Source: an uncultured Candidatus Marinamargulisbacteria bacterium (GTDB lineage Bacteria > Margulisbacteria > Marinamargulisbacteria > SXXA01 > CAYGHZ01). Taken from it: 13,486 bases of DNA. The stretch covers positions 1 through 13,486 of the forward strand of contig CAYGHZ010000043.1 of the NCBI GenBank assembly GCA_964349635.1, given 5' to 3'. Position numbers and translations under genes: made by a program. Under the pieces are notes generated by a model, which saw only the letters and a program-made list of their open reading frames with translations, was not told the origin of the DNA and ran no database searches. This document shows positions 8,043-13,486 of the stretch, one piece after another (within the stretch, counting starts at the first letter, position 1; each line of letters opens with the position of its first letter).

Positions 8043-8813
8043 GCGTGGTTTGTGTCGGATTGGATGAAGGATTTTGGAAAAACGGCGGGGTTTGTCTATG
8101 GGGCGACACAGGCGTATATGAACCACGGCAGTCTATCCCAGATAGCAAATAGTGCGATGCAGGGGTATGCAGTGGGTGGGGTGATTGGTGGTGTGGTCGG
8201 GAGTTATGTCGAAAGTTCGATTCTGTCGGCGGGGATGGCGTATGGGGTTGGGAGTTTGGGCGAGGCTTGGAACCTGAAAGATAATCTCGTAGCGATGACG
8301 GCGATGCATGGGATTTCAGGTGGAATTCAAAGCTCGGTTAGCGGCGGTAATTTCTGGTCAGGATTTGCGGGCGGATCAATAGCAAACGTGGCGGGAACAG
8401 CAGTTGATGGAATGGATAATAATTTTGCTAAGATTGGAATTGCCGGGCTGGGTGGGGGTATTGGGTCTTGGGCGGCCGGCGGTGATTTCGGACGGGGATT
8501 TCTCATTGGAGCTGGGGTTGAGGCGTTTAATCATTTGGGTGGGGGCATTTTTACCGTAATGGATCCAGGTGGCGGAACAGGCGTAGGATCGGAAGTTGAA
8601 GGGCCAGGGTTGATTGAGACTAATGATTTGGATTGGGTCATGGGTGGAGGTGGACTTGCGAAAGCCGTTTCAAAGTCAACTCGTTTGATCGGAAAATCTG
8701 CAAAAAATCAAGGTGAGAGGCTCTTTCAAATCATGTTAGATGATGTTCCAGTATTTCGGCTGATTATCATAAGAACAAAGGTCTTCATTATCACCGTCAT
8801 CCCAATATGGTAA
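7407..8813 (+). CDS. Orphan rhs C-terminal cassette: a partial RHS core fused to an alternative toxin tip (CT2). The ORF is open from 7212, and the first ATG is at 7407 with AGAAGG upstream.
   Basis: The first 212 aa are identical to Rhs residues around the core (MTRKQRFAANGNPEKD...LYCGN). After DPDGA (8031..8045) comes a unique 257-aa glycine-rich domain (GFVYGATQAYMNHG...GGVIGGVVGSYV...GIAGLGGGIGSWAAGGDFGRGFLIGAG...). The stop is TAA. Confidence 0.7.
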   Translation: MTRKQRFAANGNPEKDIRYSYNYQGQLQESKDSTITTGTYRYNHKRQRVYSDMRMGTSTGDGIKWYYWDAGGRNIGEGHQRYGDYTVRYIYSGNEKIAMARPKDLDNMAAGEEILYFINNAQGTPVMVVNEAGTVESRINMDEWGNLGDNTDKSEVNLTGKKLDPSTNLYYFNQRYYDPEIGRFLTPDPAGQALNPYLYCGNNPNGFIDPDGAWFVSDWMKDFGKTAGFVYGATQAYMNHGSLSQIANSAMQGYAVGGVIGGVVGSYVESSILSAGMAYGVGSLGEAWNLKDNLVAMTAMHGISGGIQSSVSGGNFWSGFAGGSIANVAGTAVDGMDNNFAKIGIAGLGGGIGSWAAGGDFGRGFLIGAGVEAFNHLGGGIFTVMDPGGGTGVGSEVEGPGLIETNDLDWVMGGGGLAKAVSKSTRLIGKSAKNQGERLFQIMLDDVPVFRLIIIRTKVFIITVIPIW

Positions 8814-8824
8814 AACACCGACCT

Positions 8825-8833
8825 GGAGAAGGA
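8825..8833 (+). promoter_or_regulatory. Shine-Dalgarno GGAGAAGGA for the 8843 gene.
   Basis: It sits 9 nt upstream of ATG 8843, in the 29-nt gap after the orphan toxin stop. This suggests co-expression of the toxin and immunity genes. Confidence 0.5.
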
Positions 8834-8842
8834 TTCTAACAA

Positions 8843-10066
8843 ATGGCAGAAACACAAGACAATTTTCTAATATTCTGTGATCTTTTAAAGAAAACCTTGC
8901 CTATCGAAACCCGCGAAGCGCGCTTCGTATCGGAAGGACAACGAAGAGTTGTGATTCCCGCAAAATCTAAACAGGTTGGTGACTTGGTTATATGGGATCA
9001 TGGCGACGAAATTACCATTGAAGTAGGAGATATTTATCACACACATTTTTCTTTTTCTTCGCAAGAAAAAAAACTTGTGCTCGAAGCAATAAACAGCGCA
9101 CTTTTGTTTTTAAAAGAACTATTATCCAGTCGATTAATAATTGATTGCACCTATAAGGGAGACCAAGTAATTAGCTCATCGATCAGAACCAAGGAAAAAT
9201 TTGGCGCCTCCAAATTGGTTTTTCCTGGTTGGTTTTTATTAGGTTTATTTGAGAAAAAACAAAAAAAGAGTTTCCTTTGGTCGGGGTTATTAGAAAATTC
9301 AGAGTCTAAATATTTCGAGAATAGGGAAGATCGCAAATCTGTTGCTCATAATTCTAGTATGCTACAAAGAAATGAATTGTTAGGGCTTATTAAGAAGAAA
9401 CATTGGAATATCACTTATAGCAAGGAACCTAAGTTGATTGCCTATTTTGATCTACTGGGGATCTCCAAGTTCTATCTTTCTGGACCCACACCAGAGGAGT
9501 TTTCGGAAAAATTAGGCGATCAATTTTTATCTGTTATGTCAGAGTTTTGCGAACACATCTCAGTACATATATTAAGTGACACAGGTTTTATCATTCCGAA
9601 GGACAGCTCTCTCGAGAATGGTACATATTCAGAAGAACAGTTTATAAAAGATTCGTGCAAAGTGTTTTTCAAGCTAGTGCAAAAAAAGGTTCCTTTTAAA
9701 GGCATTTTGACTAAAGGTCAATATATTGCCTTAATTCCAACCGAACTTAATAACAACAGATACCCACTTAATATTTTGCCGGGGGGGGAAGTGCTGGCGA
9801 AATGTTTTGACGCAGACAAAGGAGCTTTGGGAGGCTTCCCCACCGGTTTTTATACCGATATCGAAACACTTTCCATCCCAGAAACGTTCAAAACCAAGAA
9901 ATGGAAATTAGTGGACATATACAAATATATACCCGCTTCATATTTGGCTGGGGAGCAGAGAGTGAAATTCAAAGAAAGCTACCTACATTTGAGGCAAAAT
10001 GCGGAACCGGAATCATCGGGTTTTCAATCTTTAATTTGGGACGAATTAATTAAAGCTTTAAATTAA
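8843..10066 (+). CDS. Putative cognate immunity protein for orphan CT2, 407 aa. Its C-terminal half shows class III nucleotidyl-cyclase (palm-domain) motifs. Function is unknown.
   Basis: The gene starts 29 nt after the CT2 stop, with GGAGAAGGA 9 nt upstream. It is AT-rich and has no signal peptide or TM segment. Motifs are YFDLLGIS (D203) with a 22-aa helix, then ILSDTGFII (D246), then KGILTKGQYIALIP and RYPLNILPGGEVLAKCFD. This parallels the cyclase FxDIxGFT ... IGDxYM ... GIHTGxVVAGVVG ... GDTVNxASRME order and spacing, but L and C replace the usual N and R. Confidence 0.55.
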   Translation: MAETQDNFLIFCDLLKKTLPIETREARFVSEGQRRVVIPAKSKQVGDLVIWDHGDEITIEVGDIYHTHFSFSSQEKKLVLEAINSALLFLKELLSSRLIIDCTYKGDQVISSSIRTKEKFGASKLVFPGWFLLGLFEKKQKKSFLWSGLLENSESKYFENREDRKSVAHNSSMLQRNELLGLIKKKHWNITYSKEPKLIAYFDLLGISKFYLSGPTPEEFSEKLGDQFLSVMSEFCEHISVHILSDTGFIIPKDSSLENGTYSEEQFIKDSCKVFFKLVQKKVPFKGILTKGQYIALIPTELNNNRYPLNILPGGEVLAKCFDADKGALGGFPTGFYTDIETLSIPETFKTKKWKLVDIYKYIPASYLAGEQRVKFKESYLHLRQNAEPESSGFQSLIWDELIKALN

Positions 10067-10084
10067 AAATGACTAGCTTACAGG

Positions 10085-10111
10085 CCAGAATGCATCTGGA
10101 TTATTTTTTTT
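10085..10111 (+). terminator. Weak candidate intrinsic terminator after the 8843..10066 gene.
   Basis: A 5-bp stem CCAGA/TCTGG with loop ATGCA is followed by ATTATTTTTTTT, 19 nt after the TAA stop. Confidence 0.3.
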
Positions 10112-10137
10112 CAGCAGCCGGATATGCAATCCATAAA

Positions 10138-10215
10138 GCGACAAATCGACAGCTCAAACACAATTCGAATATGACCCCGAAGGCAAAATGACCCGAAAAC
10201 AACGCTTTACATGGC
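10138..10215 (+). pseudogene. Degenerate third copy of the rhs core junction, a vestige of a further orphan cassette.
   Basis: It aligns to rhs 5251..5335 (AAGCGACAAATCGACgGCTCAAAaaCACAATTCGAATATGAC...ATGACCCGAAAACAACGCTTT) at roughly 85-90% identity, with a 2-nt deletion and a 1-nt deletion that shift the frame. Homology ends before any core or toxin sequence. Confidence 0.6.
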
Positions 10216-10334
10216 AATTTGAGTTAAAAATACCTGCTTTCCGAGAGCACGCCTATTCGAAAATAGCTTTATCAAAAATTGGCGCTTCTACCAACTGAAA
10301 TGCCAAAAAAACAAGAAAGAAGGAATTTAGTCCA

Positions 10335-11129
10335 ATGGAAAAAACCACAAATGCAAAAAAATATACATTTAGAATCGTTGGTGCAATCGTCGTTTTTTAT
10401 GTCCTGATCACAAGCTGGTTCATCGTAAAGCCAGGCGAAGTAGCGATCGTTCTAAATCTGGGAAAAATCGTTCGGACAGTAGACAACGGCCTCCATTTCA
10501 AGTTTCCGATTTTTGAATCCGTAACTCGCATAAGCATCCGAATATCAAAGGATCAGGTCACCTCGGAGGCAGCAAGTAAAGACCTTCAGCGAATCGACAC
10601 GTCCGTCGCATTAAATTATGGAATAAAGCGATCTCACGCAGACAAAATTTTTACTAATTTTGGAAGCCGAAAAAATTTGGAAGAACGGATCGTCGAGCCT
10701 TCGATTCAAGAAACGATGAAAGCGGTTACCGCCAAGTTTACCGCCGAAGAACTTATTACGCAGCGTCATATCGTGAGCGATCAAATAAGAGAGGATTTGT
10801 CCGCAAGGCTGGCTCCGTTTGGGATCACTATTGAAGGCATCGCAATAACCAATTTTTCGTTTTCCAAGGAATTTTCCGCGTCGGTTGAGGAGAAAAATGT
10901 GGCCGTACAAAAGGCTCTGACGGCCCAGCGAGACCTGGAGCGAATCAAAATCGAAGCTGAACAAAAAATAGCGACGGCCAAGGCCGAGGCCGAATCCTTA
11001 CGGGTTCAAAAAACCGAAGTCACCCCGGCCATGGTCCGTCTGCGAGCCATCGAAAAATGGGATGGGCATCTTCCGCAGGTAGTTAGCGATGCCAATTTGC
11101 TTTTAGACTTCAAAGATTTAAAGAAATAA
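10335..11129 (+). CDS. SPFH/band 7 (prohibitin-HflC-like) family membrane protein.
   Basis: It has an N-terminal TM helix (FRIVGAIVVFYVLITSWFIV), then a PHB-type domain (GEVAIVLNLGKIV, TKDLQRIDTSVALNY, ITIEGIAITNFSFSKEFSASVEEKNVAVQKAL). An Ala/Glu-rich coiled coil follows (IKIEAEQKIATAKAEAESLRVQ). GAAGGA lies 9 nt upstream and the stop is TAA. Confidence 0.8.
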   Translation: MEKTTNAKKYTFRIVGAIVVFYVLITSWFIVKPGEVAIVLNLGKIVRTVDNGLHFKFPIFESVTRISIRISKDQVTSEAASKDLQRIDTSVALNYGIKRSHADKIFTNFGSRKNLEERIVEPSIQETMKAVTAKFTAEELITQRHIVSDQIREDLSARLAPFGITIEGIAITNFSFSKEFSASVEEKNVAVQKALTAQRDLERIKIEAEQKIATAKAEAESLRVQKTEVTPAMVRLRAIEKWDGHLPQVVSDANLLLDFKDLKK

Positions 11130-11162
11130 CACCTGCTTAATTAGGTTAAAAAATATCTACCC

Positions 11163-11168
11163 AAGGAG
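11163..11168 (+). promoter_or_regulatory. Shine-Dalgarno AAGGAG for the 11180 gene.
   Basis: It is a perfect SD core 11 nt upstream of ATG 11180. Similar SD-like purine tracts precede the genes at 6679, 8843, 10335, 12273 and 13188, so SD-led translation appears general in this window. Confidence 0.5.
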
Positions 11169-11179
11169 AAATAGTCAAA

Positions 11180-12127
11180 ATGAAGACCTTCAAACGGCAC
11201 ACAATTCTCGTCCTTTTCCTGTACATATTGTTCCAGATAAGCGTTCTATTCGCCGAAATGGGTCCGGCGGAGACAAAGTTGAAGGCGGAGGCTGAAGGCG
11301 CTGCTTTAAGGAGGGAGAATGGCCGTTGGAACTATTTTGCCGTTGGGCTGGGTATAGGGCTGTTGGGATTTGCGACAGACAAGCGCGACACGGCGACCAC
11401 TTGTTTTGTTGGGGGCGCCGCCACTGGCCTATTAGGCCTGATCGTTTCAAGTTTTAGCTCCCCAGCCGAGAGAGAATACAAATCATTTCTTGAAACGAAT
11501 CCAAAAGATCGGGAATTTGCGGCAATGGACTCTTTGCTAAAAATATCATCGATTCAGGAAGATCTGGTTGTCTTGGATCCCATTTCAAAAAAAATGTCAG
11601 ACGTCTGGCTCGCGCTGAATCGGCCAAGATCGAGCTCAGAAAAAGCGGAATGTTGCATCATTAAATCGGAAGCTATCGGTGACAAGAAACCACATTATTT
11701 CTTAAAGGTAATCCACCATGGTTTAGATCGATTCATTGTTTCAAAAGGAGATCGCCTGCACCTGCAAATGGGGCAAGAAAAAGAAATTCTGACCGCCTAC
11801 GCTTCAAAGCAAAGTTCAATTGGGGATATTGAATCGGCCAAGATCGAGAACAATAGGCAGTCGATGAAGGATTTGGACTACACCGCTCCCGTTGCCTACG
11901 GTGGTGGCAAAACGGTTCGTCAGCCCAGCTTTGACCTCGGACAGGTGCAGATCTTCTACGAATCGGCCGCTTGGTATCCGCTTACTGATGATCAGTTTCG
12001 GAAATTTACCCGTTCCCGCAATGCTTCAATAGTTGTCGAAGGTAAGTCCTGGTGGACGGCGGATTCTATAGAAGGTCAGCTGGACGAACCAACCATTCAG
12101 CGCATCGCCCGATTCTTTTCCGAATAA
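11180..12127 (+). CDS. Hypothetical membrane protein with an N-terminal signal or anchor, two further TM helices and a soluble C-terminal domain of about 200 aa.
   Basis: AAGGAG lies 11 nt upstream. Hydrophobic segments are ILVLFLYILFQISVLFA, WNYFAVGLGIGLLGFA and TCFVGGAATGLLGLIVSSF. It is 315 aa and ends at TAA. Confidence 0.6.
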   Translation: MKTFKRHTILVLFLYILFQISVLFAEMGPAETKLKAEAEGAALRRENGRWNYFAVGLGIGLLGFATDKRDTATTCFVGGAATGLLGLIVSSFSSPAEREYKSFLETNPKDREFAAMDSLLKISSIQEDLVVLDPISKKMSDVWLALNRPRSSSEKAECCIIKSEAIGDKKPHYFLKVIHHGLDRFIVSKGDRLHLQMGQEKEILTAYASKQSSIGDIESAKIENNRQSMKDLDYTAPVAYGGGKTVRQPSFDLGQVQIFYESAAWYPLTDDQFRKFTRSRNASIVVEGKSWWTADSIEGQLDEPTIQRIARFFSE

Positions 12128-12272
12128 ACAAATAATATGCAAAATAATATAAAAAAATAAGTTTAATTTATATTTTCAGCCTAAAAATACCTGAAATTTA
12201 ATAATACAACTAACGATAACTAATTGTGCATAACGTTAAATTATGCAACACTTTTATCGGAGGGTTAGATAA

Positions 12273-13127
12273 ATGATAAAAACAAAATCTCTGCTCGGCG
12301 CTATGTTTCTGGTACAGCTACTCTTTTTCGCTCCCCTTTCGGCTGCGGATCCCAAAAAAGATTTTATTGAACAGCGATTTGTTATTCCCGGTTATAGTTA
12401 TTTCGATTACAAAGAGATTCTTCCTGCGCCATCCAAAAGCACGGAACATGGATGGATTCCCAGTTTGGGATTTGAATATCGCGCCGCCGATCCGTCAAAC
12501 ACATGGCGTTTTGCGACCCTTGGTCAGATTGGGTTTGGAGAGACCGTCTATGACGGATCGGTCAGCAACATCGTCACCAAAACGGTGACCCCGACTATCG
12601 ATAAAACAAGCAACTTCTTTTTGACGCTAGAAACATCTGCCGGGCGCGCCTTTCAGGTCGGCAGGACGGAATGGACACCGTACGTTGGCGCGGGGGTGCA
12701 TAGTTGGAATAGAAAACTGGGCGGGCCCAGTCCGTATTATGAGACCTATTCGTGGGCCTATTTTCCGGTAGGACTTCGGATGCATCAATCGGTAAACAGT
12801 CAATGGGAATGGACGTTGGATGCGTCGTATAGAATTATGGCGTTTGGCAATATTGAGCTCGACCCGCAGTTATTTGGCGAGGCGATAAACCTGAGTCTGG
12901 GGAACAGGCCAGGCTGGAAAGTCAGCGCGCCGATTACCTACCACCCAGCCTCAAATTTTAGTATCTCTGTGTTACCGTGGTACCACTATTCCGAGATCGG
13001 AAAAAGCGAGACAAAAACGTTTCGAGTGACATTTCCGGGGTATGGAACGGGCGACGTGTCCATCTACGAACCGGCCAGCACTACCCATCAATATGGGGTT
13101 CAGGCGATGGTGATGTTGAATTATTAA
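12273..13127 (+). CDS. Putative outer-membrane beta-barrel protein.
   Basis: GGAGGG lies 8 nt upstream. The signal peptide is MIKTKSLLGAMFLVQLLFFAPLSA-ADP. The protein is rich in aromatic and Gly residues. The C-terminus (VQAMVMLNY) alternates hydrophobic residues and ends in an aromatic residue, the OMP beta-signal pattern. The upstream intergenic region is AT-rich. Confidence 0.6.
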   Translation: MIKTKSLLGAMFLVQLLFFAPLSAADPKKDFIEQRFVIPGYSYFDYKEILPAPSKSTEHGWIPSLGFEYRAADPSNTWRFATLGQIGFGETVYDGSVSNIVTKTVTPTIDKTSNFFLTLETSAGRAFQVGRTEWTPYVGAGVHSWNRKLGGPSPYYETYSWAYFPVGLRMHQSVNSQWEWTLDASYRIMAFGNIELDPQLFGEAINLSLGNRPGWKVSAPITYHPASNFSISVLPWYHYSEIGKSETKTFRVTFPGYGTGDVSIYEPASTTHQYGVQAMVMLNY

Positions 13128-13187
13128 CGCGAATCCGGTTAGGCGAGCCGGGTAACTATAAAATAGTGGCACAAAGGGAAAACTAAG

Positions 13188-13433
13188 ATGGCTTACTGCC
13201 GCATAGGGGAGGATAGTGATGTCTATCTGTATGAAGATTGCGAAGGTTTCATTAGCTGTTGCGGTTGCGGACTTCCTGCGTTTCCTCCGATTGTGAAGAT
13301 TTATAGGCGGAGCGAAGCATTAGCCCATCTGAATCTGCACGTCGAAGCCGGTGAAAAGGTTCCGGAACGTGCATTTCGTCTGATGCGTGAAGACCTCGAG
13401 AAAGACGGAGATTTAATAGAATTTTCCAATTAA
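13188..13433 (+). CDS. Small hypothetical Cys-rich protein (81 aa).
   Basis: AAGGGA lies 9 nt upstream. The protein contains a YEDCEGFISCCGCG cluster and ends at TAA. No recognisable family. Confidence 0.4.
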   Translation: MAYCRIGEDSDVYLYEDCEGFISCCGCGLPAFPPIVKIYRRSEALAHLNLHVEAGEKVPERAFRLMREDLEKDGDLIEFSN

Positions 13434-13486
13434 CATTTATGCCCACCGCCTCTTGAACGCCACCCAAGCAAGTGCTACTGTTTCAG

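Noticed and set aside
10226-10237. 12-mer TAAAAATACCTG shared between 10226 and 12182, a possible regulatory motif.
   Set aside because: By my estimate, several chance 12-mer matches are expected in a 13.5-kb AT-rich window. There is no flanking similarity.
10185-10310. Short ORF beginning at the relic ATG (MTRKQRFTWQFELK...), considered as a gene.
   Set aside because: It is a frameshifted remnant of the rhs junction running into intergenic sequence. It has no homology beyond the first 7 codons.
12128-12272. AT-rich intergenic region upstream of the OMP gene, considered as a promoter.
   Set aside because: It is plausibly promoter-bearing, but I could not pick out a convincing -35/-10 pair by eye and leave it uncalled.
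1-13486. Search for IS/transposase, integrase, tRNA, CRISPR repeats or T6SS (VgrG/PAAR/Hcp) genes that could explain mobility or delivery of the rhs locus.
   Set aside because: No ORF in any frame shows DDE, tyrosine-recombinase, PAAR or Hcp-like features. No short regularly spaced direct repeats and no tRNA-like cloverleaf candidates were seen.

Overview
This window is mainly an Rhs/YD-repeat polymorphic-toxin locus. The host appears to be a diderm bacterium that uses Shine-Dalgarno sites. The rhs body is roughly 50% GC, while the toxin tips and downstream genes are markedly AT-rich.

The gene order is as follows.
(1) A 5'-truncated tail-fibre-like protein built from nested tandem repeats. 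Its TGA stop overlaps (ATGA) the start of the next gene.
(2) An rhs reading frame of about 1,625 codons (1795..6675), split by a single in-frame TAG at 2884..2886. The upstream piece is a 363-aa signal-peptide N-terminal fragment. The downstream piece is a 1,262-aa YD-repeat shell, RHS core ending in DPDG, and a glycine-rich C-terminal toxin (CT1).
(3) A small multi-TM, very AT-rich gene 3 nt downstream, most likely the CT1 immunity gene.
(4) A 762-bp direct repeat of the rhs core-coding region, of which about 690 bp appear identical. It heads an orphan rhs-CT cassette carrying a different glycine-rich toxin tip (CT2).
(5) A 407-aa AT-rich gene in the immunity position for CT2, whose C-terminal half looks like a class III nucleotidyl-cyclase (palm) domain.
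(6) A weak terminator and a roughly 80-bp degenerate third copy of the rhs junction, a vestigial cassette.
(7) An SPFH/band-7 protein, a 3-TM hypothetical membrane protein, an outer-membrane beta-barrel candidate and a small Cys-rich ORF.

No rRNA, tRNA, CRISPR, IS or transposase signatures were recognised.

The observations most worth follow-up are the amber-interrupted but otherwise intact rhs gene, the apparently perfect 690-bp recombination substrate for toxin-tip switching, two unrecognised glycine-rich toxin tips, and the cyclase-like protein in an immunity slot.
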